Positions 52,076-63,340 of a stretch of DNA of 64,000 nucleotides are shown one piece after another (the first letter of the stretch is position 1; the number at the start of each line of letters is the position of its first letter). The stretch comes from Octopus sinensis. Taxonomy: Eukaryota. The translations under genes were made by a program, and so were the position numbers. Location of the stretch: assembly GCF_006345805.1 (NCBI RefSeq), contig NC_043008.1:52452001-52516000 (forward strand), read 5' to 3'. Under the pieces are notes generated by a model that worked only from the letters and a program-made list of their open reading frames with translations, did not search any database and was not told where the DNA came from.

Positions 52076-52899
52076 TAGTATATGTAATAATGTGAAGTAT
52101 ATTTTATATATTAAAATGTTTAATTTTGGAAATATATCAAGTGAAACAAACATAAACAGTAAAAATACAAATTGCAAGTATTTCAAAATGTGGGACACTA
52201 CATGATGAAAATTAACAAAAAAGGAAGAAAATAGTGGTGCTTGTGTTCCAAAAGTACAATGAGAAGGCTCAGGAGAAGGATAGAGAGATGGGGTAGAGGG
52301 AAGAAAGTTAGAAGGAAAGAAAAGAATGAAAAGTGAAAAGATAAACTGGGGATCTGAAGTGAGTGCTAGGTAGGAGATGAAACAAAATACATGTCTTACC
52401 AATGCTCTGGTCAAGTAGAAAAAAGATGAGTGATAAAAAATTGGATGGTCTTTTGGTACCAAAAAGTAAAGAAAGAGAGACAGAGTGGAATAGAGAAGGT
52501 TGGGGAAGAGCAAGTACAAAGAAAGAGAGAGTACAGAGAAAAATGTGAATAAAGATTTGGGTTCAGTTTGTAATATTAGTGATATTGCTTAAGATGGCAA
52601 GCTGGCAGAATTGTTAGTAACCAGGCAAAATGCTTAGCAACATTTCATCTGTCTTTACATCCTGAGTTCAAATTCCACCAAGGCTGACCTTGCCTTTTAT
52701 CATTTTGGGGTCGATAAAATAATTAACAGTTGTGTACTGGGTTGATGTAACAGATTTGACCGTTCTCCCAAACTTGCAAGACTTACACTAAAATTTAAAA
52801 TCAATATTAGTTTTATGCTGAACAGAACAGAAAAACTACAAAAATAAAAACTGGCTTTATGTTTTGACCAATGGTATTTCTCCAGGGAATCATGTTTAA

Positions 52900-53114
52900 C
52901 CCTTTCATTACTGTATTTATTTTGAGATAATCTGTGTCTCTCTCAGTTACTTTAAATATAACAAAGAATTTAGTAAATAACTTAGTTATCATTAAGCTAG
53001 TGTTAGGAACATTAATTGTGACTAAAGGTTTGGTGGAAGATTTTAATTCAGAACTTATGAGAACAAGACATTTGTACTACAGAGCCGGTTTTAGCTGGGT
53101 TGGTAACGAAAGGG
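52900..53114. mobile_element. piggyBac-type MITE (about 215-220 bp); other copies at 8892-9112, 12861-13077, 40342-40562 and 15556-17659 (LINE-interrupted)
   Basis: Ends CCCTTTC(A/G)TTAC...GTAACGAAAGGG, flanked by TTAA target sites in the intact copies. No ORF. Confidence 0.85.
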
Positions 53115-53605
53115 TTAACAACACAAAAATCTTAATCCTTCAGGTATTAACAGTTAAGTTCATTTTAGTGGTTATAACCAAAACACCTTTTTAACAACAA
53201 AGCTAAAAAATATTCTTATATGAGTTATTAAGAAACCCTCTATGTGGTCAGTCAGCTTGCAAGAAATGGCAACCGAATCTCATTTAAATCATATCCTACT
53301 GTTTCAAAGAAGGAAGGACATAGTCGATAACATAGATGTAGTCTTAGATGTACAATTTCTGAAAAAAAGAAGATGTGACAATCATGGCTGGAATGCTTTC
53401 GATCATAAATTTGTTTACTAAAGGCAGACCTGTGGTTAAATAACAACAATATATTTATGATGAAATAAAATGGGAGAGGTTTGCAAAAATGAAAGGTTTA
53501 TGTGTGTCTGCATGTGCAAACTTATGTGTGTGTGTGTGTACACGTATAGAAGAATGTTTGTGTGGGTGTATTCAGGCATGACATAGTTTCACATAATACG
53601 AGCCT

Positions 53606-53931
53606 ACTTGAGCCATAAAGGTTGGCAGTGTTATTTAAATATTTGTCATGAGCTGTGAAATTGCTTTGTGGTGAAAATACTTTCGTCACTGTCAGAAGAC
53701 TCCACTTCAGTCCAATACACGTGAGCTTTGTGAGTATACATACATGTATACATACATACATACATGTATCATACATACATACATACATGCATACAAACAT
53801 ACATACATACATATATACATATATGCATACATATATACATCATTATCTTTAGTTTTACATCCACTTTTCCATGCTTTATAAGCAAGAGAGGATTCATGGA
53901 GGTTGATTTTTCTACTCACAAAGACGGACAC
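53606..53931 (-). pseudogene. Disrupted paralogous ARRDC exon 2 (tandem-duplicate pseudogene)
   Basis: Acceptor ttctccctcag|GT GTC CGT CTT (GVRL), then an insertion of about 190 bp, then KAHVYWTEVESSDSDESIFTTK, a 2-nt deletion, then NFTAHDKYLNNTANLYGS. It is collinear with functional exon 2 (EAHVYWSE...HYSAKEKYFDYSVVLYGS), and the flanking introns are homologous to 15230-18710. Confidence 0.85.
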
Positions 53932-54019
53932 CTGAGGGAGAAATCAGTGAAATATTTAATTAAAAATATAGTGCCACAAAAAGGCAGCAAAATAATCATT
54001 TATACATTGCAATAATAAT

Positions 54020-54450
54020 AATGATAACTGACCAGACATTGTTGTGGTGAATAAAAAATGAAGAACATATATGATAATCAATATAGCATGCCCCGATGAC
54101 AACAGGGTCAGTGTGAAAGAAGGAAAAAATAAACAACTATGATGATTTAAAGTGGGAAATACAAAGGTTGTGGTCAATAGGGAGAGTAGACGCGATACCA
54201 ATAGTAATCGGTGCACTTGGAAGTATCAGAACTCAACTACCAGCATGACTGAAAAAGATCGGAGCAAGTGTGAAAGTAGAATACCTACAAAGATCAACAT
54301 CGCTTGGAACTACAAGAATTCTTTGCAGGGTTCTTGAACCATGACCAGTAAAACAAGTGTTGCCTTAGTCTGCTGGCTGTTGGCAGCTGACACTTTCCAT
54401 CATACCCGGCCAAATAAGCTGTGAGTTTTTTTACAACAACAACAATAAAG
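54020..54450 (+). mobile_element. Third RLE (R4/Dong-like) 3' fragment
   Basis: Frameshifted PDIVVV...NIACPDD..V..KE...NYDDLKWEIQRLW...IPIVIGALGS...LQRSTSLGTTRIL.RVL, preceded by (AAT)n. Confidence 0.75.
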
Positions 54451-54944
54451 AATTGGGGCACAAGCAAAGCTAATCTTTTATTCAATCATTCATTGTAGAT
54501 TACATAAAGCTATTGGTCTAACCTTTAAATCTCTCCTATGTTCGGTTTCTGATTCAAAGTCGGATGACATTTTATCCATTTTGTAACAGGTTTTGTGTTT
54601 TATATTTGCTGTATCCATATTTATTCCAGTATGATTTTTTGTGTTGTATCTATTATAATTAAGTGTGACTGACATTTATTGAATGGTGTAGCATTGTACT
54701 TTATGCTTTTTTTGCTTGGTAGTAGAATAGTAAAATCCATTCTTATAGTACTCTGTGATCCCAAGGTTATGATTATTATTATTATTTGACCAATTATACT
54801 TAATTAGGCGAATATCAGCTCATCACACTTGTTTTTGGCAAATGGTCATATGATAGGGTCACGTGACAGTTTACACATTGACCATTTTTCCATAGCAATT
54901 TTTGACGCTGAAATGAGTTTCATTTTTGTATGTGGAGAGAGAGA

Positions 54945-55047
<103 letters not shown>

Positions 55048-55176
55048 GAGAGAGAGAGAAAGAGTGTGAGTGAATGGGTGACAAAGTTTACTTAAACATT
55101 GAATGGGTAACAATCTATCATAATTATATATATCATTATAGATCATCATCATCGATTAACATCTGCTTTCCATAAC

Positions 55177-55540
55177 TTTCACTAAGAAAAAAAAAGTTAG
55201 ATTTTTTGCATGGAATCATGTACTCTGACCTCCTAATATGCTACAAACCCCTTATTTTTGTTTGGAAAAGATCAATGGAAGTGAGGGGTGAAATTTCTGG
55301 GGCTTCCATCTCACCCCACCCCATTTTCCAGACCCAAAAAAGGGTTTTGTGACATATTAGGAAGTGACTAGAATTCATTCAATGAAAAAAAAAAATTCCC
55401 ACTGATTACAGGATATGGAAGGGGATTCAGTTTCCCATGTCTACCCTTTTTCCAAACAAAAATAAGGGGTTTGCAGCATATTAGGAGGTCAGGGTACTTG
55501 ATTCCATGCAAAAAATCTGAGTTATTTTTCTTATTGAAAA
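55177..55540. mobile_element. Foldback/MITE with TIRs of about 90 bp
   Basis: agattttttgcatggaatcatgtactctgacctcctaatatgctacaaaccccttatttttgtttggaaaa is inverted at 55447-55518 with few mismatches. Confidence 0.75.
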
Positions 55541-55749
55541 TCGTGCAGGTGAAAGGATCAAAATTTACCGAAACTTATAGCACAAAAGATTTATCCAAAA
55601 ACAAAATAGCACATTGCAAATCAAATATTGTTTGTTTACATTTATCTTAATTTTTAGAAAACAAACTTTTCATTGACCAGTTCATTGAAAATGAAAGTTA
55701 GAAATGTATTTGAACAATTTCTCAAACAGAGATATGAATCTGCTGTAGA

Positions 55750-56470
55750 ACTGTAAGTGCTACAGCATCATTTATTACCTTGCTTTACAGAGGCCCATGT
55801 ATTCTCCACTTGTTCATTGTGGGTACTATCTTTTGAGTTAACAAACCCAAAGCTGTGGTTCACCTTTCTATGCTCAAAATTGTAACCATCAATTTCAGGA
55901 ATGTGAAAGTATGCCCTCAACAAATCACTGAAAATTGTGGTTCCTGGAAGAATCAAGTAATGTATGCATTCTTCCAATATGACATGATCCTGACATGGTA
56001 CAGCATAAAGAAAAACCTGTCTGGTCTAGCAACACACTCCTCCGAAAAACTCACTGCTCAAGTAGCTTCCTCGGTTGTACTCATCATCTTGAAAAGACTG
56101 TTTCATCAATGTCTACAATTTTCGCAGGACCACCAACTTTAACTGAATGACAGAGCAGGGCCTCAGCACATACTTCCCTTACATAGCTGTTATAATCAAC
56201 AGCTGTGCAATGGTTCATCCCCTCAACATAAAACCGGACTGAAGCCAAGTAAAGGAAAAGCACAGCAGTCTTAACAGAAAGGGTGCCACAATCAAACCAT
56301 GCGTCTTTCCTCACTGACACAGGCTCCATGCATCCTTGGTGTAAGCATTGCCAATACATATTCCCACCACATTTTCTTGTACTCATAAAATGCTTCTTCA
56401 TTCTGCATAATTTTCTTTTGGGTATAAGACCCTTTTCTTGCAAGTACAAAACCACATACTCATCTGATGT
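55750..56470 (-). mobile_element. Merlin (IS1016/ISXO2-like DDE) transposase, decayed
   Basis: SVRKDAWF...VGGPAKIVDIDETVFSR / YNRG...FGG / ILPGTTIFSDLLRAY...GY..HRKVNHS..FV....HNEQVENTW. Frameshifted. Confidence 0.85.
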
Positions 56471-58471
56471 GTGATTTAAGGCCTATTTAACTGCTATTTT
56501 TAGCACATAAGACAACCACCTAAATGACTCGAATATATTTATCAACATGTGCTTTCTCGCAGACAAAAGAATTCTTATGTTTTGCTGGTTACTATGGAAA
56601 CAGATACGAACGTGTTTATGGCTTACAATCGGCTAAAGTTACCCAAAATTTTCTAACTTTTATAGCTAATAACTGTTTCTTTTTTGCTATATAGTAAAAG
56701 TAATTTTCCTAGCATTGATTATCATATAAAAGTATATCATTACACTGAATATGATAATTGTTTCTTTTTTGTTATATAGCAAAAGTAATTTTCCTGGCAT
56801 TGATTAGCATATAAAAGTATGCTAATCAATGATATACATGATATATCATCACACTGAATATGAAATCAGTTCAAACAGAAATATAAGGTGGCGAGCTGGC
56901 AGAAATGTTAGCATGATGGGCGAAATGCTTAGTGGTATTTTGTCTGCTGTTACAGTCTGAGTTCAAATTCCGCCGAGGTCGACTTTACCTTTCATCCTTT
57001 CAGGGTCGATAAAATAAGTACCAGTTACGCACTGGGGTCAATGTAATCGACTTAATCCGTTTGTTTGTCCTTGTTTGTTCCCTCTATGTTTAGCCCCCTC
57101 TGGGCAATAAAGAAATAAGAAATTGATGAGACTGAAAATTAGCATCCAAAGAAAAAAGATCCCTAGAAATTTACGTTACCAGGGCCAGAGCCACACAACT
57201 TCAAAACTAAAGTTTCTTCTTTTTTTTTCTTTTTAGGTAATTTTTCGCATTACATGCCTGTTCCAACATTTCACACTACTTTATTCATCAAAACTTCCAT
57301 CATTACAAAATTACATCAATATACCAAATTTGAAATTTTCACTTAATTTCAAAGTTTCAAAATAAAGTCAAACAGAAAAAAATCCAGCATCAGAAAGTGA
57401 GTTTAACGATGACCTCATAAACCTGCAAGAGTCCACCATGCAAAGCTTTTGACTGGCAGCACTTCTATCGGCTAGTTGTTTGCAAATAAACTCAGTTCAC
57501 ATGCAGTTTATCATTGTGAAAAAGTGAAAGTAGATTAACCTCGTAAATGAAAAAAAATCACTGTAAATTGTGATAGAAATCAACAGATATATGTATTTAA
57601 TACAAAGATGAAAATCATACATATACTCTTTTACTCTTTTTACTTTTTTACTTGTTTCAGTCATTTGACTGTGGCCATGCTGGAGCACTGCCTTTAGTTG
57701 AACTATTCTTTGTTAGCCTAGTACTTATTGTATCGGTCTCTTTTGCCAAACCACTAAGTTATGGAGGTGTAAACACACCAGCATCGGTTGTCAAGCGATG
57801 TTGGGTGGGGAGACAAACACAGACACACAAACACATACACACACATACATATGTATATATATATATATATATATATACGACGGTCTTCTTTCAGTTTCCA
57901 TCTACCAAATCCACTCACAAGGCTTTGGTTGGCCCGAGGCTATAGTAGAAGACACTTGCCGAAGGTGCCATGCAGTGGGACTGAACCCGAAACCATGTGG
58001 TTGGTAAGCAAGCTACTTACCACACAGCCACTCCTATGCCTATAATTTATTTAAGGTGAAAACATGATAAAATTATAGATAATAGCATATAAAATATTGG
58101 GTTAAAAAGACTAACAATACAAAATTAAATAGATATCAATGACAGAAAATAAAATTCAGCAACAGAATAAAATTCTTGATTGCTCCCTAAAGAACATTCT
58201 GTAACAACCAAACTGCAGAACAATGGCAAGTCTTCCACAGTTAAGCTTAAGTTTGATTAAGAGAAAGTGACCCATTAAAAATAATTATTTAGCTTACAGG
58301 CATCAATAACAACATTGATTTCCTATTTAGTTTAAGTCCACAATTTCATGTTACATTATACTTACAAAGAAATCAAAAAAAAAATATATAAACATACATA
58401 TTGGTAGTTTTAAAAAAATCGAAAGAGAAGAAGGGAAAGAGGAAGAGTGTATGGTTTGAAAATTGATTAGA

Positions 58472-58538
<67 letters not shown>

Positions 58539-58681
58539 AGTGAATAAAATTGCGTGATTAACAGTTGGGTGAATAAAGAAAAAGAGATGAACAGATGAAG
58601 TGCTTTATGAAAGAGAGACAGGAAATTCGTCAGAGCAACAAAAAAATAAAAACAAGAGAGAAAGAGAGAGAGAGAGAGAGG

Positions 58682-58743
<62 letters not shown>

Positions 58744-59335
58744 CAATGAGAGAAAATAAGAGATAGATGGACGGAATGACACGAGAAAAAGGTGTCACCT
58801 TAAAAAAGCAAATAGGTAAAAGATATAAAAATGCCCAGTTTCTACGAATTTTATAGGCACCAGTTCCACAAGTGCTATCTTTTAGAATAATAATGATAAT
58901 AATCCTTTCTACTATAGGCACAAGGCCTGATATTTTGTAGGGAGGAGTTAAGTCGATTACATCGACCCCAGAACTCAACTGGTACTGAATTTATCAACCC
59001 AAAAGGATAAAAGGCAAAGTTGAGCTTGGCAGAATCTGAACTCAGAATGTAGCGATTTTGTCCAGCACACTAACAATTCTGCCAGTTCGCCGCCTTAGAA
59101 TAATAATAACAATACTTATTATTATTTCAAATTTTTGTCACAGGGGCAGCCTGGGGGTGGTGGGGTGGGGATGGGTTGTTTACATCAACCCCAGTCTTCA
59201 GCTGGTACTTATTTCATCGATCCCGAAATGATGAAAGGTAAAGTCAACCTCAGCAGAATTTGAACTCAAATCTGAGCAATTGGTGAAATACAGTCATTGC
59301 CTGGCATGCAGACAATTCTGTCACTCACTGCCTTC

Positions 59336-59405
<70 letters not shown>

Positions 59406-59609
59406 CATCGTTTTCCATGCTAGCATGGTTTGGACGGTTCAACTGGGGTCTGGGAAGCTAGAAGGCTGCGCCAGGCCCAGTCTGATCTGGCAGTGTTTCT
59501 ACAGCTGGATGCCCTTCCTAATGCCAACCACTCCGTGAGTGTAGTGGGTGCTTTTTACGTGCCAGACGAGGCTGGCAAACAGCCACGATTGGATGGTGCA
59601 TTTTACAAC

Positions 59610-59658
<49 letters not shown>

Positions 59659-59924
59659 TAATAATAATAACAATAATAATCCTTTCTACTATAGGTAGAT
59701 GGTCTGAATTTTATAGGGAAGGGAACAGTCGATCACATCAACCCCAGTACTCAACTGGTACTTATTTTATCAAACCCAAAATGATGAAAGGCTAAGTCAA
59801 CCTCAGCGGAATTTGAACTCAGAATGTACAATGGGTGAAATACTACTAAGCATTTCGTCCAGTGTGCTAACAATTCTGCCAGCTCACCACTTTAGAATAA
59901 TAACAAAAAGATTATTTTCTCTTT

Positions 59925-61000
59925 ATCACAGATTTTGTTGGAGCTCCTGGAATCTTGCATGTGCAGTGGGCTTACTATCTGCCGCCTACAGTACCATGCT
60001 GTCTGTTCTTTTCAGCCATTTAATACTTTTCTGATTATTTTGGCCATGCCAAGGGGGCAAACCTTTTGTAACAGTTCTACTGGGCACTTAATTCCCATCT
60101 CCTTTATATTCCACTTGATGCCTTCTGGTATTGTTTCCAAGGACCCAATGATAATTGGCACTATCTTCACCTTCTTCATTTTCCATAGCCAGGCTACTTC
60201 ATACTGAAGAAGGTTGTATTTATCTATATTTTCACCTTCCTTCTTGACTATTCGTGGGTCAAAGGAGCATGCAACATCAACTATATAGCATAAATGGTAC
60301 ACCTTGTCCATCACCACTAGGTTTGGTCTGTTATGCTCTAGCACCTGATCTGTTTGGATCAGGAAATCCCAGAGGATTTTGCTAGTCTCTGACTCAACCA
60401 CTCTCAGCAGTTTGTGCTAATACCACGTCTTGCCTCTCTCTAGCACCCACTTTTCACACAGTTTCCAATGTAGCACTTTCACTACCTGGTCATGTCATAA
60501 TAATAATAATGAAATTATTGTATACAGTGCTCAGGTGCACCACAACTTGTCAGAAAGTGCATATAAAGTACATGCAGTAATGTAGAAATGTCTGGAAAGC
60601 GAACAATGTATGAGTCAGATACATGTTTGTGTGTGTATGGAAGGGAGAAAATCAAGTGTAGTGTTGGCGAATCTCAGGAAGCATGGAAGTTTTGAAGGAT
60701 GCAGTGCTCCGACAACTAACAACTGATGCCGGCAGTTTGTTCCATACTTCAGCAACTCTCAGCGTGAAAAAATGTTTCCTGAAGTCATGTCGTTACAACT
60801 TGTAGTGGTTTTGGGCAAGTATAGGGCATTTATTCGTGATATTGGCAATAGTTTCACCATATTGCAGATGCAGCATAGCAGAGACACTTGCTCATTCCTA
60901 AGGTTCACCCACCAGTTTGTGGCCAAAGTGTGGTCTTGCGCTGTCAGTATAGTGCTCTTGGTCTCTTTTTTTAGGGTTCCTTTCATCAGACAATCACACC
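59925..61000 (-). mobile_element. Non-LTR retrotransposon fragment with restriction-like endonuclease (R4/Dong-like), interrupted by the CR1 fragment
   Basis: Degenerate zinc-knuckle region (LKKETKSTILTAQDHTLATN...CCICN...KCPILAQNHYKL*RHD), then HDQVVKVLHW...ILWDF..TD..LEHNRPN....IVDVAC....KY....LW...V.I.PIIIG.L. Confidence 0.85.
60497..60788 (-). mobile_element. Short 3' fragment of the same CR1-type LINE
   Basis: Near-identical to 15618-15908, including the (ATT)n tail. Flanked by the duplicated sequence gtcatgtc (60489-60496 and 60784-60791). Confidence 0.9.
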
Positions 61001-61157
61001 TATTATAAATCTAATATTCTCCGATCCTTCCTTAATACCGGTTCCCATATGCTATTCATATCTGCACTCGGTCTGCTTAGGAGGTTGTTGTGTCCTAGCA
61101 TATGTGCTGTTTCTTTTAGTTTCACATTTTCCTGAATAATAATAATAATAATAACAA

Positions 61158-61243
<86 letters not shown>

Positions 61244-61254
61244 CAATAGTACTG

Positions 61255-61900
61255 ATCTGAAATGCAGACCCTAACCACATCTTAACTGGATGCACAGCGC
61301 TTGCAAAAACCGAATATATTCATAGACACGATAGAGTAGCGCAATATATCCATTGGAAGGTATGTAAACGCTATCAGCTTCCAACTTCAGAAAGATGGTA
61401 CCAGCATAAACCTGAAACTGTGAACAGAAAAAATTATGCAACAGTACTCTGGGACATGCCAATCAACACCGATAAAGAAATCAAGGCAAACAGGCCGGAC
61501 ATAATCATCAAAGACAGGAAGAATAAGAAATGCTTGATGATAGATGTGACAGTACCATAAGAGAGAAATTTGTCCATTAAAGAAGTTGAGAAGTTATTTA
61601 AGTACAAAGACCTAGAAATAGAAGTGACAAAGATGTAGGGAATGAAAAGTAGCACAGCACCAGTGGTGATTGGAGCATTAGGGCCAATTAAAAAGGGCCT
61701 TGATAGGCAACTCAACAAACTCCCTTGCAGTGTTAACATGGGAGAACTTCAGAAAATAGTGTTGCTAGGTTCCGCACACATTTTACACCGTGTACTCTCC
61801 ATGAGATGAGGACCCGCTGTGACCCTAGGGTCAAGGGATAACCCTGGTTCAGCAGAAGACAAAGGACCATATTTTATTTTTAAAAAATAATAATAATAAC
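61255..61900 (+). mobile_element. Second R4/Dong-like RLE family 3' fragment, flanked by (AAT)n
   Basis: Translates to HILTGCTALAKTEYIHRHDRVAQYIHWKVC...VLWDMPINTDKEIKANRPDIIIKD...LMIDVTVP*E...K..KYKDL...PVVIGALG...LQKIVLLGSAHILHRVL, with in-frame stops. Confidence 0.85.
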
Positions 61901-62070
61901 ATCGAAAAATACCTTAGGAATGAGAACCCAGGTTCAAAATTTCCCCAAGACACCTGATGAAGGCTGGAGGGTATATCAGCCAAAACATATTAACAACAAA
62001 CAAGATGAGGACGAATATCCATCAAATGTAAATAATGTACATAATTCCTCATCTCTTAAATATAGAACCG

Positions 62071-62453
62071 TGGAGGCGCAATGGCCCAGTGGTTAGGGCA
62101 GTGGACTCGCGGTTATAGGATCACGGTTTCGATTCCCAGACCGGGCGTTGTGAGTGTTTATTGAGTGAAAACACCTAAAGCTCCACGAGGCTCCGGCAGG
62201 GGATGGTGGTGATCCCTGCTGTACTCTTTCACCACAACTTTCTCTCACCCTTACTTCCTGTTTCTGTTGTACCTGTATTTCAAAGGGCCGGCCTTGTCAC
62301 TCTCTGTGTCACGCTGAATATCCCCGAGAACTACGTTAAGGGTACACGTGTCTGTGGAGTGCTCAGCCACTTACACGTTAATTTCACGAGTAGGCTGTTC
62401 CGTTGATTCGGATCAACCGGAACCCTCGTCGTCGTAACCGATGGAGTGCTTCC
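62071..62453 (+). mobile_element. tRNA-derived SINE family C (intact tRNA-like head); related copy at 36788-37127(-)
   Basis: Head ggcgcaatggcccagtggttagggcagtggactcgcgg...ggtttcgattccc (A/B boxes). The body ttcaaagggccggccttgtcactctctgtgtcacgctg...ccctcgtcgtcgtaac is shared with the 37-kb copy. Confidence 0.85.
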
Positions 62454-62469
62454 AAATATAGAACTATTA

Positions 62470-63340
62470 TCCGTTCACACACATTTCTCACCTATCACAT
62501 CTCTATTTTCTCTGATACACTGCTTTGCAATCCTGAACACCTCATGCCTCTGATCCTCACATTGTAAGACCTTTGCAAATCTCTTATCTTCAGTTACTCC
62601 TTTTGTTATGTATACCTGACATCTAGATGCCTTTTTGGCTACCTGATATAATTCTCTGCTTCCACCATTTTTCCATTCTTTCCAGGTCTGTCTCTTTGCT
62701 TTTATAACACTATTAACCTCCTTGCTCCATTACCATGTCACCTTTGGTCTAGCTGGGACTCCGCACCAACCACAGATTTCATCCACAGCCTTCAGTAGAT
62801 TGTTCCTCAAGAACTTCCAGTTGTCCTCATCAACCCTTCCTCACTTTCATCAGAAGCTTCCATTAGCAAATCACTAAATTTTTGTGTTTGCTGGGTCTTT
62901 GAGTTTCCATAGTCTTCTTTTCTATATTGGTTTATTTCTCTGGGTTTTTCTAGCTCTAATTCTGAAGTCATTAACTAGTAACCTACATTGGGTTGTACAC
63001 TCTTTGACAAGGAAAGACTTTGCATTTTTAAGCATCCATCTATCTCGTTGCCTGGTGAGGAGGTAGTCAATCAGGCTTATGTGTTCACCAGACTGATAAT
63101 TGATTAAGTGACTGGCTGGATTTTTGAAGTTAGTGGTGCAGATGATGAGATCATTTGCATCACAGAACGCCAGCAATTTTGTTCTCTCCTAATTTCAAGG
63201 TCCAAAACCATAGCCTCCATGTACACCGTGGAATCCATGGGGGTGCTGTCCAACATGTCCATTGAAGTCACCAGCCACAATAATTATTGAGGTGGTCTGC
63301 AAAAGGATCTCATAGAATCAGTACTTTGCCTCTGTGAGGC
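62470..63340 (-). mobile_element. RTE-clade LINE fragment, apurinic-like endonuclease region
   Basis: FYEILLQTTS..IVAGDFNGHVG, then LAFCDANDLIICTTNFKNPASHLINYQSG..SLIDYLL.RQRDR..LKNAK, typical of RTE endonucleases. Stops and frameshifts are present. Confidence 0.85.

Noticed and set aside
54858-54867. GTCACGTGAC (CLEAR/E-box consensus)
   Set aside because: A single 10-mer inside the dead paralog's intron, 24 kb from the functional start codon. There is no evidence of function.
57370-57510. Possible remnant of paralog exon 1
   Set aside because: Only a vague resemblance (gtcaaaagcttt..ggtggactcttg), with no start codon or frame conservation.
62071-62146. tRNA gene
   Set aside because: The tRNA-like head continues into a SINE body shared with 36788-37000, and no complete cloverleaf or acceptor stem is evident.
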